Shown: positions 8,584 to 17,687, counted from the stretch's first letter. The stretch: 32,000 bases of DNA from Ignicoccus pacificus DSM 13166 (GCA_025340205.1 CP006868.1:1590001-1622000), one strand, 5' to 3'. Numbers and translations are program-made. The notes: generated from the sequence alone by a model not told the origin.

Positions 8584-8592
8584 AATATATAT
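8584..8592. promoter_or_regulatory. Alternating AT element (aatatatat) in the 40-nt divergent mrp/mvk spacer
   Basis: This is the only AT-rich box in the spacer. It lies about 38 nt upstream of the mrp ATG on the minus strand and abuts the mvk ATG on the plus strand. Confidence 0.3.
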
Positions 8593-9592
8593 GGGAGAAG
8601 TGGAGGAGGTGTCGGGAACTCCTATAAAAAGTTCGAAGGCTTTAGCGCCTACGAAGGTTACCCTCTTCGGCGAACACGCCGTCGTCTACGGTAAGCCGGC
8701 ACTCGTCCTCTCAATACCGGTTTACGTAGAGGTAGAGACCGAAAGGGCAGACGAGTTCTCTTTAGAGAGTGGTCCTGTTTCGTTAAACAAGCTCTCCCTA
8801 ATCATCGAAGAAGACGAGGTGAGGTTATCCGGGGAGGCTCGGGGAGAGGTACTTAGATATTTCTCGTATATCTTGGAATCGCTGAATATCATTGGAATTA
8901 GAGACGTGAGAATTAGGATATCTTCCCCGCTTCCCGTAGGAGCGGGGCTTGGTACCAGCGCCGCCGTAACCGTGGGAACCATAGCTGCCGCCTCAAAGCT
9001 CAACGACATGAGTTTAACAAAAGAGAAGATAGCGGAGCTCGCTTGGGAGGTCGAGAAGAGGGTACAGGGCAGAGCTAGTCCCATGGACACGAGCGCCTCT
9101 GCCTTAGGAGGAGCGCTCTTGATACGAAGGGACGGAGAGAAGTGGATTAGGGAAAAAATAACGATAAATGAAGTTCCATTGGTAATAGGTTTATTCAAAA
9201 AGAGATGGACCACTGGCGAGCTAGTAGCGAGGGTTGCCAAAAGGCTTACCGAGTATCCATTTCTCAACGAGATAATTGAAGTAATAGGCGATTTAACCAT
9301 GGAGGCGCTGAACGCTCTCGAAAGCGGCGATCTAGCGAAGGTGGGAGAACTGATGAACGTGAATCATGGACTTCTGGAATCATTAGGAGTAGTTACCAAG
9401 GAAATAGCCGAAGCTGTTCACGCCGTCAGAATGGCTGGAGCGCTGGGAGCAAAGGTCTCCGGTGCTGGAGGTGGGGGAGCTGTTGTCGCCTTAGGAGACA
9501 ACGTCGATGAGATCTCCGCAGCGTTCAAGGCGGTAGGGGCAGAGAGGGTGTTGGTCATCCGAAGACTATCGAGGGGAGTAGAGGTTAGGTGA
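8591..9592 (+). CDS. mvk: Mevalonate kinase (GHMP kinase)
   Basis: KVTLFGEHAVVYG, GHMP motif PLPVGAGLGTSAAV, and motif 3 KVSGAGGGGAV. An alternative GTG start exists at 8609. Confidence 0.9.
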   Translation: MGEVEEVSGTPIKSSKALAPTKVTLFGEHAVVYGKPALVLSIPVYVEVETERADEFSLESGPVSLNKLSLIIEEDEVRLSGEARGEVLRYFSYILESLNIIGIRDVRIRISSPLPVGAGLGTSAAVTVGTIAAASKLNDMSLTKEKIAELAWEVEKRVQGRASPMDTSASALGGALLIRRDGEKWIREKITINEVPLVIGLFKKRWTTGELVARVAKRLTEYPFLNEIIEVIGDLTMEALNALESGDLAKVGELMNVNHGLLESLGVVTKEIAEAVHAVRMAGALGAKVSGAGGGGAVVALGDNVDEISAAFKAVGAERVLVIRRLSRGVEVR

Positions 9593-9595
9593 AGG

Positions 9596-9611
9596 TTTTT
9601 ATCCGGGTTTT
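9596..9611 (+). terminator. T-runs (tttttatccgggtttt) after the mvk stop; could alternatively act as a TATA-like box for rps30e
   Basis: T5 and T4 runs begin 4 nt after TGA 9590-9592. They lie about 30-40 nt upstream of the S30e ATG. Confidence 0.3.
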
Positions 9612-9636
9612 ACGGTGGCTCGAAAGGTGACCGTAC

Positions 9637-9786
9637 ATGGGAAGCCACGGTTCGTTGACTAAGGCCGGAAAGGTCAGGCAACAAACCCCCAAGTTCGAGC
9701 CCAAGCCTAGGAAGAACAAGCCGCCTCGTGTGAGGAACAGGAAGGAGTTCGAGAGGTTTAGGAAGAAGGTAATGGCTGCTGCCTAA
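9637..9786 (+). CDS. rps30e: 30S ribosomal protein S30e (eS30), 49 aa; absent from the supplied ORF track
   Basis: My translation is [49 protein letters not shown]. The HGSLxKAGKVRxQTPK core is the eS30 signature. A Shine-Dalgarno-like ggtga sits at 9626-9630, 6 nt before the ATG. Confidence 0.85.
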   Translation: MGSHGSLTKAGKVRQQTPKFEPKPRKNKPPRVRNRKEFERFRKKVMAAA

Positions 9787-11030
9787 CCAACTGCTTTTTC
9801 TTCCACGCTTCTTCCTTCCAATACCTCCATTACCTTCTCAATTGCATCATCCATGCTTATCGCCCTTAGCCTCATAGTGGGGTGGAATCTGGCGCTGTCT
9901 GGATCCTTCAACCCATGGCCAGTTACCACCGCCACTACCGTCTCATCTCCGTTGAAGTAACCTTGAGAGGCTAACTTGATCAAACCTGCCACGCTAGCAG
10001 CTCCAGCCGGCTCGGCGGCTATTCCCTCTTCACGTGCGAGGAGTCTTTGAGCCCTTAGGATCTCAGAGTCGGTAACGCTTTCAAACGTACCACCAGATTC
10101 CGTCACGGCCTTCCACGCCTTGAGCCAATTGACGGGCTTTCCTATTCTTATCGCGGTTGCAACCGTCTCGGGCGAATCGGTGAAGAGGGGTGCCCTCAGT
10201 CCGGCCTTAAATGCGGAAGCTATTGGGGAGGCCCCTTCGGCTTGAATTCCGTTCATCTTAGGTAAGGAATCGCTGTATCCCCATCTCTTGAGCTCCTTGA
10301 ATCCTTTCCAAATTGCTGAGATGTTTCCAGCGTTACCCACGGGAACGAATATGTGATCGGGGACTCCTATGTCCTCGAACAGCTCAAAACCTAACGTCTT
10401 CTGCCCCTCGAGTCTCCAAGGGTTGAAGGAATTCAAGGGGTAGAATTCGTCCCTCTTCGCCAACTCCTTAGCGGTGTCTAAGGCCAGATCGAAGTTGCCC
10501 TCTATCTCGACTATTATCGCACCATGCATTATGCTCTGAGCGAGTTTTCCTAGGGCGACCTTTCCTCTAGGAAGCAAGAGGAAAGTCTTGAGTCCCGCTC
10601 GAGCAGCGTAAGCGGCTGCAGATGCTGCTGTGTTACCTGTGGAGGCGGCCACAACCGCCTTGGATCCGACTTCTCTAGCTAAGGTTATAGCCAAACTCAT
10701 TCCTCTATCCTTGAAGGAACCCGTCGGATTCGCTCCCTCGAATTTTACGTAGAGTCTCCTTACTCCGATGATTTTCTCCAACTTCTCCAATCTAATTAGA
10801 GGGGTCGAACCTTCACCCATCGTGACGGGTCTTTCTGTCTTTAGAGGTAGCAATTCCTTGAATCGCCATATTCCCATCATTCGACTCCTTCTTCGGAACT
10901 CCGTGAAGGGAGGCAGCTCGTCGGGGGTAAACACGACCTCTAAGAGATGTCCGCATTTGGGACAAGTGAAGAGCTTCGGGGATGGATCGTACTCCGCGCC
11001 GCAATTGACACATCGCAGCCTAGGTCGCAC
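9783..11030 (-). CDS. thrC: Threonine synthase with N-terminal zinc ribbon
   Basis: PLP-lysine motif GSFKDRG. N-terminal CVNCG...CPKCG. GTG start preceded by ggtaggtg. Confidence 0.92.
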   Translation of the reverse strand: MRPRLRCVNCGAEYDPSPKLFTCPKCGHLLEVVFTPDELPPFTEFRRRSRMMGIWRFKELLPLKTERPVTMGEGSTPLIRLEKLEKIIGVRRLYVKFEGANPTGSFKDRGMSLAITLAREVGSKAVVAASTGNTAASAAAYAARAGLKTFLLLPRGKVALGKLAQSIMHGAIIVEIEGNFDLALDTAKELAKRDEFYPLNSFNPWRLEGQKTLGFELFEDIGVPDHIFVPVGNAGNISAIWKGFKELKRWGYSDSLPKMNGIQAEGASPIASAFKAGLRAPLFTDSPETVATAIRIGKPVNWLKAWKAVTESGGTFESVTDSEILRAQRLLAREEGIAAEPAGAASVAGLIKLASQGYFNGDETVVAVVTGHGLKDPDSARFHPTMRLRAISMDDAIEKVMEVLEGRSVEEKAVG

Positions 11031-11057
11031 TGATACACCTACCCCGCGCTCACCGAT

Positions 11058-12923
11058 GTGTCTCGAAGAGCTTTAACTTTAATCCGAGCAGGCTTCCCTC
11101 TACTTAACTCGCTGAATCGGAGACTGAAGTATGGGTATTACCACTTGCTGTTCTCTGAAATTGTAAACGCTTTGGAAAAGCTAGAAAGTACAAGTTCTAG
11201 GATACAAACAGTAGCTATACTGACATCATTGTTTAAAAAGGTATTAGATGAAAACAAGGATTTGATCGATAAAGTCGTGTATTTCATCCAAGGAAAGCTT
11301 TGGCCAGACTGGTACGGCTACCCTGAGATAGGTATTGGAGAAAAAGGAATAATAAAGGCTATAGCCTTAGCCTCTGGCTTAAAGGAAAGGGAAATAGAGG
11401 AGCTCTACAAGAGCTTGGGAGATCTGGGCCTAGTAGCAGAGAGGGCAATGAGTAAGAAGAAGGCAGTGGGATTGGCAGCTTTTGTAAAGAAGAAAACACC
11501 ACTTACCTTCGAGAAGGTCTATAATACCTTAAAGAGAATAGCATTCATGCAAGGTGAAGGAAGTAGAGATCTCAAGATAAAAGCACTAGCTGGATTGTTC
11601 ACGGAGGCCTCTCCTAAGGAGGCCAAGTACATAGCTAGATTCGTTCAAGGAAAACTCAGATTAGGGGTGGGCGACACCTCCATAATAGAAGCTTTGGCGC
11701 AACTCTTCGGTGTCCCCAAGGAACAAGTGGAGAGGGCTTACAACTTAAGAGCCGACCTAGGAGCTCTGGCTCTCTTAATGGCGAAGGAGGGACCTGATGT
11801 AGTCAAGAGGGTTCATCCGAAGCCCGGAATTCCACTAAGACCCATGCTGGCTGAGAGGCTGCACGACCCCGTCGAGATACTCAAGAAGTTAGGTGGTGTG
11901 GGACTCGCTGAGTACAAGTACGACGGCGAGAGAGCTCAAATACACATACTCCCAGATGGGAGAGTTATTATCTTTTCTAGAAGATTGGAAAACATTACCG
12001 AACCTTATCCGGACGTAGTTCAGTATGCCAAGAAGCACGTAAAGGCAAAGGAGGCGATAATTGAGGGAGAAATAGTAGCAGTAGATCCTAGGACCGGTGA
12101 GCTAAGACCCTTCCAAGAACTCATGCACAGGAGGAGGAAACACGACATTCACATAGCGATGAAGGAGTACCCCGTCCACGTAAGACTGTTTGACTTAATG
12201 TACGCCGACGGCGAAGATTACACCGACAAACCTCTACCTATTAGGAGAAAGAAGCTGGAGGAAATACTCGATCAAGTAGAGGAGTTCAGAATAGCCGAGA
12301 ACAAAATAGTTGACAATCCCGAGGATTTGGAGAAGTTCTTCTACGAAGCTATAAATAACGGCTGTGAAGGTCTAGTGGTCAAGGCCATCCACGATAGAAG
12401 CATTTACCAAGCCGGCGCCAGAGGATGGCTGTGGATTAAGTACAAGAGGGACTACAAGAGCGAGATGATAGAACCTGTTGACTTAGTGGTCGTAGGAGCG
12501 TTCTACGGCAAGGGTAGAAGAGGAGGAACCTATGGCGCGTTGCTTATGGCGGGTTATGATAAGGAGAGAGACGTATTCATGACGGTATGTAAGGTAGGTT
12601 CCGGCTTCAGCGATGAGGAGTTAGCCAAGCTCCCAGAGCTCTTGAAGCCCTACATCATTCCAAAGAAGCATCCGAGAGTGGTCAGTCAGATGGAGGCGGA
12701 TGTATGGGTTCAACCCGCGCTAGTAGCCGAAATAATAGGTGCGGAAATAACCATAAGTCCTATGCATACTTGTGCCTTAGACAAGGTCAAAGCAGGTGCT
12801 GGACTCGCAATTAGGTTCCCTAGATTCATCCGTTGGAGACCCGACAAAGGACCTGAAGATGCTACAACATGTGACGAGATAATTGAAATGTACAAGATGA
12901 AGCTCCATAAAGTCGAGGAGTGA
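11058..12923 (+). CDS. lig: ATP-dependent DNA ligase (Lig1 type)
   Basis: Motif I EYKYDGERAQIH, motif IV CEGLVVKA, motif V WLWIKYKRDY. The track start is GTG 11058. Homologues begin near LFSEIVNALEKLESTSSR, so TTG 11145 is a plausible true start. Confidence 0.93.
   Translation: MSRRALTLIRAGFPLLNSLNRRLKYGYYHLLFSEIVNALEKLESTSSRIQTVAILTSLFKKVLDENKDLIDKVVYFIQGKLWPDWYGYPEIGIGEKGIIKAIALASGLKEREIEELYKSLGDLGLVAERAMSKKKAVGLAAFVKKKTPLTFEKVYNTLKRIAFMQGEGSRDLKIKALAGLFTEASPKEAKYIARFVQGKLRLGVGDTSIIEALAQLFGVPKEQVERAYNLRADLGALALLMAKEGPDVVKRVHPKPGIPLRPMLAERLHDPVEILKKLGGVGLAEYKYDGERAQIHILPDGRVIIFSRRLENITEPYPDVVQYAKKHVKAKEAIIEGEIVAVDPRTGELRPFQELMHRRRKHDIHIAMKEYPVHVRLFDLMYADGEDYTDKPLPIRRKKLEEILDQVEEFRIAENKIVDNPEDLEKFFYEAINNGCEGLVVKAIHDRSIYQAGARGWLWIKYKRDYKSEMIEPVDLVVVGAFYGKGRRGGTYGALLMAGYDKERDVFMTVCKVGSGFSDEELAKLPELLKPYIIPKKHPRVVSQMEADVWVQPALVAEIIGAEITISPMHTCALDKVKAGAGLAIRFPRFIRWRPDKGPEDATTCDEIIEMYKMKLHKVEE
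11071..11083. promoter_or_regulatory. AT-rich element (ctttaactttaat) in the thrC/lig divergent region
   Basis: This is the only AT-rich box between the thrC GTG (11030) and the likely ligase start. It could serve either or both directions. Confidence 0.3.
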
Positions 12924-12965
12924 GAGAGTGGGCCGAAAGAATTAGGATTAATACGGAGGTCTCTC

Positions 12966-12971
12966 TTTTTT
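12966..12971 (+). terminator. T6 run after the ligase stop
   Basis: ctctcttttttc lies 43 nt after TGA 12921-12923. Confidence 0.35.
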
Positions 12972-12984
12972 CTAGTGGGACACC

Positions 12985-13725
12985 GTGGCGAAAGTGAAAG
13001 TGATAATAGTTTTGGTGATACTTTTAATCCCACTATGGTCGCTAAAGTGCTATTCAAGCAATCCTAAGCTATTGAGCATGTGTGAATCGGTGGCTCCCAA
13101 GGTTGAGAAGCTTTGGGGTAAGGTCGACGCTATCGTGTACTTGAAGGATGGATTGACCAACGCAACCATAGGATCATACCATTCAAATAACTTTACAATA
13201 GTCTTGAACGATCCAGATTATTGTACGGTAGCACATGAGCTAACTCACGTAATTCAGCTCTACAAAGGCATAAAGGGTCCTAGATGGTTCTTAGAGGGTC
13301 AAGCTGATCTAAGTTGCTACCTACTTTATCCTAATGAGTACGGAAAAAGGGGTTATATTACTTGGTTAAGAGAAGGCTTTGGTGAACTTGACCCTTATCG
13401 CTTCGGAATAACCATCCTATACTATTTGTTTAAAAAGAAAGGTAACGTCTACTTGGCATTGAACTTCAGTCATGAGGATGCGCTACTATATTTTGTAAAA
13501 GCACTAAGGTCGTGCACAACTCCTTTTGACATATGCCCGGGCCCTCTAAGCGTCGACGTTTCGGGTAATGGCACATGGTGGGCGAATACTGATAAAGTGA
13601 AAGGTAATGTCACTGTTATAGATGGTATAGCTATATTCCATGGTTACGGAGAAGCTTATGCTATACCTTCACCCGCGCTTATCTCAGTTATCCTAACCTC
13701 CTTACGACGGAGACGAACCTCTTAA
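12985..13725 (+). CDS. Putative exported MA-clan (gluzincin, Peptidase_MA_2-like) zinc metallopeptidase
   Basis: Signal-like N-terminus KVKVIIVLVILLIPLWSL. HExxH in VAHELTHVIQ, followed by WFLEGQAD (third-ligand Glu context). Five N-x-S/T sequons. Short hydrophobic C-terminus followed by RRRR. GTG start. Confidence 0.55.
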   Translation: MAKVKVIIVLVILLIPLWSLKCYSSNPKLLSMCESVAPKVEKLWGKVDAIVYLKDGLTNATIGSYHSNNFTIVLNDPDYCTVAHELTHVIQLYKGIKGPRWFLEGQADLSCYLLYPNEYGKRGYITWLREGFGELDPYRFGITILYYLFKKKGNVYLALNFSHEDALLYFVKALRSCTTPFDICPGPLSVDVSGNGTWWANTDKVKGNVTVIDGIAIFHGYGEAYAIPSPALISVILTSLRRRRTS

Positions 13726-14464
13726 CCCTCTCAACGTCTACCGGAGCCTCGGTAACTCCATTCTCCTTGAAATAGGTCCCTACGATGAAGCCATCAGCCT
13801 TCACGAACTTGTGGACGTTATCTGGCGTGACTCCCGAAGCCACGTAAACGGGTCTTCTTGAACATCTTTTCACCTCTTCCACGTCCTTAGGATCAGGAGG
13901 TGAACCCGTGGAACTACCGCTTACTGCTAGAACGGAAGCCATGCATCTGTCTCCGAGATCCCTCGCCTCGTCGCACAAGGATCTCTCGCTTATCGGCGAT
14001 GCGTGTTTCACCCTCACGTCTGCGATAACTTCTACCTTCCTTCCGAACTCCTTCATTACATTCATTCCTTCCCTAGCCACCGGCGTCAGTAAACCCTCAG
14101 GGGTGTCAGAGCTCCAACACCATTGATTGGACCTGACAAATGATGCTCCGGTAACCAAGGCTATTGCTATGGCCTCCGGAGCTGAGTTCCTTAACAAGCT
14201 TATGCCCACTTCAATCTCAACTTCATTCATGATTTCTGACACTATTCTCGTCATTGTAGCCACCGTTAACGTGGGTACCCTTATGGGATACGGTTTGTCG
14301 CCGTAGTTCTCCACGATTATGGCATCAACTCCTCCCTCCTCCAAAGCCTTAGCATCTCTTACCGCTCTTCTTATGACCTCCTCTAAGGGATTCTTAGCGA
14401 AAGGGTTCCAGAGGTATGAGCCCGGCAAGGGCGGTAGATGAACGACTCCAATGATTTTCTTCAT
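13688..14464 (-). CDS. btpA: BtpA/SgcQ-family TIM-barrel protein
   Basis: The N-terminal IGVVHLPPLPGS signature and 258-aa length are typical of the BtpA family. Confidence 0.8.
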   Translation of the reverse strand: MKKIIGVVHLPPLPGSYLWNPFAKNPLEEVIRRAVRDAKALEEGGVDAIIVENYGDKPYPIRVPTLTVATMTRIVSEIMNEVEIEVGISLLRNSAPEAIAIALVTGASFVRSNQWCWSSDTPEGLLTPVAREGMNVMKEFGRKVEVIADVRVKHASPISERSLCDEARDLGDRCMASVLAVSGSSTGSPPDPKDVEEVKRCSRRPVYVASGVTPDNVHKFVKADGFIVGTYFKENGVTEAPVDVERVKRFVSVVRRLG

Positions 14465-14545
14465 CGAATGTCACCACCTAAAAGTACGTTGAGGTGTTAT
14501 GAAGTGAAGGTGTTACAGACGAGGTTACGATGCTCTTTCGAGGCG

Positions 14546-16105
14546 ATGAATGATGAGGAGGTCATTGTCAGATGTTCTTATATTAGAGCGCCGTGGTCAA
14601 GACCTATAGTTCCGTTCACTGGACGATTCGTAGGAGGCGATGCGGAGGATCTTGGGAACGGTTACTTGAAGCTCCTCAAGTTGAAGGGGATCATAAGACT
14701 CGCCGGCAAAGTTGGAGATAAAGGTAAAGTTGGCAATATTAAATTCATCTTCCAAGAGACAGATGTTAATGTAATTGGGATAAAGAACGGAATAGCAATA
14801 GTACACTTAGTAGGAAAGGGGAAGTACAAGGGATCAATTTACGGATATCCTGTTGAAGGTAATAGTGAGAACGATGAGCTAATAGGTGTCCCTCCGATAA
14901 GGGGGAGAAAGGCCAAACTTACCATAGGGGGGCTCCTCGTTCTTAAGGAATTACCCAAACCCTCTGAGCTCAATGAGTATGACATCCCCTTACCGTATAC
15001 TGTATTAGAAATACGAGAGGACTGCAAGAAACTCCTCGCCTTTGAAGACTTGGACTTCGTTACGTTCAAAGGTAAGTTAGAGAAGCTGAAGAAGGGATTG
15101 AACGAAATATGCTCTAGAGGGGTAGTTTACTACAAAGGCTTCGTAGAGGAACCGAAAAGATGTACTTATTTAAGAAAGGGCTTCTTCATCTCTTCGCCAA
15201 TTATAAGGTTCGAGCATAAAGGAAGGTACTTAGTTCTTAATTCATCTTTAAAGAGCTTCATCGTTAACAATGGTAAAGTTGATATACTAAAAGACGTCGA
15301 CGTTTATTGTAAAGGCAATGAAACTGAAGTCATGGTAAAAGATAACAAAGCATTGATCTATCACAAAGGCGTTAAAATTCAAAGGGAGTTGCCGGAAAGA
15401 CCCACATCATGTGAAGTCTTGAACGAGGACGTATTGTTTGCTTTTCCATCTAAGAGGGTGGATCTTCCCGTTAAGGTCCTCGACTCCGGCACCAACGCCT
15501 TCATACCTCTCTTCCCACTAGTTACCGTTGTGACTCCCATCGATTGGGAGGAACCTTGGGGATCCTCAAGTAATGCATATCTGATGACATTAACTGGGAA
15601 AAAGGTAGAATTGGAGCCGGGGTCCTTCAAGCTTCTTAAGATAAACGATCTCATCGTCGCCTACAACCTCTATGGTAGCATTTATGTATTCAACAAGGAT
15701 CTTGAAATGGTGTGGTCTAGAGAAGCAAATGCCGTTAGATCGGTAGCCGTCTTGGACGACGTCTTGGCTATCTGGACACAAAGACCTCCTAGATTAAGGT
15801 TATTCCACCTAAGGGGAGGAAGGTTCAAGGAAGTAAAGAAGCTATCCTTCAGTATAAATCATGCCGCCCTTTGTCCGGATCTCATTTCGAAGCTGATTTA
15901 CGCGATAGATGAAAAGGGGAAAATGCTAGCCTTGAATAAAGAGGGAGAAGTTGTCCTAGAATCCACTGTGACACCCTCATGGACTTGCATGAGCTTCGAT
16001 AAGACGCTCTTCACGGCGTCCTCCGAAGGTATGATCAAATGGGAAAGGTTATCCTCTGTGGAGGACTGGGAGAAGCTCCACGAGGTCCTCTTCTCCCACT
16101 TCTAG
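14546..16105 (+). CDS. Large hypothetical cytoplasmic protein (orphan, about 520-555 aa)
   Basis: Uninterrupted frame from 14438. The first ATGs (14438, 14468) overlap or abut the btpA start, so ATG 14546 (MNDEEVIV...) is preferred. The C-terminal third has PQQ/beta-propeller-like strings (GSIYVFNKDLEMVW, EKGKMLALNKEGEVV). No family recognised. Confidence 0.5.
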   Translation: MNDEEVIVRCSYIRAPWSRPIVPFTGRFVGGDAEDLGNGYLKLLKLKGIIRLAGKVGDKGKVGNIKFIFQETDVNVIGIKNGIAIVHLVGKGKYKGSIYGYPVEGNSENDELIGVPPIRGRKAKLTIGGLLVLKELPKPSELNEYDIPLPYTVLEIREDCKKLLAFEDLDFVTFKGKLEKLKKGLNEICSRGVVYYKGFVEEPKRCTYLRKGFFISSPIIRFEHKGRYLVLNSSLKSFIVNNGKVDILKDVDVYCKGNETEVMVKDNKALIYHKGVKIQRELPERPTSCEVLNEDVLFAFPSKRVDLPVKVLDSGTNAFIPLFPLVTVVTPIDWEEPWGSSSNAYLMTLTGKKVELEPGSFKLLKINDLIVAYNLYGSIYVFNKDLEMVWSREANAVRSVAVLDDVLAIWTQRPPRLRLFHLRGGRFKEVKKLSFSINHAALCPDLISKLIYAIDEKGKMLALNKEGEVVLESTVTPSWTCMSFDKTLFTASSEGMIKWERLSSVEDWEKLHEVLFSHF

Positions 16106-16288
16106 TCCTTCAAGCACGCTTAGCTCCTTCCCATTGACAAACACCAGTAAGAGTGCCGTAGGCGTACCGTTCTCATTAATTAGGTCCTTGAGCTCGGATC
16201 TCAACGTTCTTAGGCATTTCAAGACCTCCTCTACTCTCCGAGCGTGAAGCGTTAGCTCCTCCCCGCTCCAAAGCCTTACTTTTGCCAA
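16049..16288 (-). CDS. MoaD/ThiS-family beta-grasp protein with non-canonical Arg-Gly C-terminus
   Basis: VFVNGKEL...GEEDLVELLPVLHRG parallels the MoaD/ThiS pattern (vNg...GDeV.i.PPvsGG). TTG start overlaps the purM stop by 13 nt. Confidence 0.6.
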   Translation of the reverse strand: MAKVRLWSGEELTLHARRVEEVLKCLRTLRSELKDLINENGTPTALLLVFVNGKELSVLEGLEVGEEDLVELLPVLHRG

Positions 16289-17250
16289 TTTCTCACCTTA
16301 TAGCCAGCTCCTCCCCAAGGTGTACATATCCTGGTCTCCCCTTTCTGAACTTCTCCGGCGACCCATGCTTTCAATCCCTCTCTCTCAAAGTACTTGATGC
16401 TTTCTTCATCACCAATTACTATTAGACCTACTCCCATATTGAAGGTGGTATACGCTTCCATAGGATCCAAGTTTCCAGCTTTTACTATTCTCATAAACAC
16501 CTCGGGGATTTCCCAACAATCCAATTTCAATCCCAGATCCTTAGGGAGTCTTTCATGAACCTTTCTGAAGGCTCCGCCAGTTACATGGGCTGCCCACTTC
16601 ACCTTCCCCTCTTTCATGGCATCCAACAGGGGGTTATGGTAGTTCGCTACCGGAGCGACTATGTCCTCCTCTATACCGTCTAGGCTTAGTCTTCCTGCGT
16701 CTATCAGCTTCCTGATCAACGTATAGCCGTTTGCATGAGGACCAGTAGAAGCTACAGCGATTACCTTGTCCCCTGGTTCCGGTTCCCTCGTGTCAGCATA
16801 TCGAGTTCCCAAGAGGGTACATGATATATCGTAACCCTTCACTACGTCTGGCATTATAGCAGTTTCGCCACCTGCCAATACTGCACCTATACTCTCTATT
16901 GCCTTAGTAAGGCCCTTACCTATATCCTCTGATAGCTTGGGATCTCCTTTCTCAGTAGCTAGATAGTCAACTAAGAGGATACCCTTGAATCCTTCACATG
17001 CAATATCATTAGCATTGACCATCACGCAGTCCCAACCTGCTATCTCGTTCCTCCCGAGTTTGTCGAGAAGTATGGTCTTGGTACCAACTCCATCGACGTG
17101 TAAAGTTATTTCCATATCACCCAGCTTGAAGGATGACGCATAGCTTCCTATTCCCTCAGCCCTTGATTTTATCAAGCCTAATATCTTCCTTTGCATCTCC
17201 TTTTGTTTATTGATATCTACTCCAGCCTTGGCGTAGCTCCACCTCTCCAC
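16276..17250 (-). CDS. purM: Phosphoribosylformylglycinamidine cyclo-ligase (AIR synthetase)
   Basis: HVDGVGTKT, LAGGETAIMP and HVTGGAF motifs. GTG start with ggtgg 6 nt upstream. Confidence 0.92.
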   Translation of the reverse strand: MERWSYAKAGVDINKQKEMQRKILGLIKSRAEGIGSYASSFKLGDMEITLHVDGVGTKTILLDKLGRNEIAGWDCVMVNANDIACEGFKGILLVDYLATEKGDPKLSEDIGKGLTKAIESIGAVLAGGETAIMPDVVKGYDISCTLLGTRYADTREPEPGDKVIAVASTGPHANGYTLIRKLIDAGRLSLDGIEEDIVAPVANYHNPLLDAMKEGKVKWAAHVTGGAFRKVHERLPKDLGLKLDCWEIPEVFMRIVKAGNLDPMEAYTTFNMGVGLIVIGDEESIKYFEREGLKAWVAGEVQKGETRICTPWGGAGYKVRNWQK

Positions 17251-17327
17251 TTTTTACCACCGTAGACGTCGCGCACACTCGTTCCTATAGTCTTACTCCA
17301 CTATTACTTACTTTCGGGGTAGGGTCT

Positions 17328-17687
17328 TTGGCGGGCAGGGTAGAGGTCGAAGTATATTGCTACGGGTTCCATGATGAATATTGTAAGTTGGCTTACTTGG
17401 AACTCTCTAAGCTAAGAACGGACCTAATTCTAGACCATCAAGTGGACATAAAGGTATCTATTGTTGATTACTCTTCCGCACCCTTGAACTTTCACTCAAA
17501 TTACCATAAAGTAGCTGACTTACTGAGGGAGGTAGCGAGGGTAAAGATAGGTAACAAGTACATATTCAGTTACAAAGACTTAGTAAACATGCGCGAGCAA
17601 GTGATGGAGTACATACTTAGATGCGCCAACGAGGACTACGGTGGCCTGCTCGGTATGAGCGGGGTCGGCGTTACTGAGGCTATCTAA
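17328..17687 (+). CDS. Hypothetical protein, possibly thioredoxin/glutaredoxin-fold without CxxC
   Basis: VEVEVYCYGFHDEYC ... VKIGNKYIFSYKDL loosely resembles a glutaredoxin-like layout. TTG start. Weak assignment. Confidence 0.4.
   Translation: MAGRVEVEVYCYGFHDEYCKLAYLELSKLRTDLILDHQVDIKVSIVDYSSAPLNFHSNYHKVADLLREVARVKIGNKYIFSYKDLVNMREQVMEYILRCANEDYGGLLGMSGVGVTEAI

Noticed and set aside
8722-9300. Long antisense or alternative-frame ORFs in the track. Examples: 8722-9300(-), 5970-6305(-), 22606-22992(-), 20180-20593(-), 12710-13057(-), 29321-29665(+), 29903-30232(+), 6988-7374(-), 8290-8694(+).
   Set aside because: Each lies opposite, or out of frame to, a gene with strong family motifs (mvk, hisG, cdc48 and others). 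Their products are low-complexity Ser/Leu/Pro-rich with no recognisable motifs. They are the typical shadow ORFs of compositionally biased coding DNA.
16406-16412. Perfect C-box heptamers on the minus strand inside purM (gtgatga, 16406-16412) and polB1 (atgatga, 26979-26985). Similar plus-strand heptamers occur at 14549-14555, 17370-17377 and 17690-17696.
   Set aside because: None has a CTGA D box about 50-60 nt downstream or an internal D'/C' pair. All but 17690-17696 are explained as codons (Asp-Glu, His-Asp, Met-Met contexts); that one lies 3 nt past the stop of the 119-aa ORF, antisense to the tiaS 3' end.
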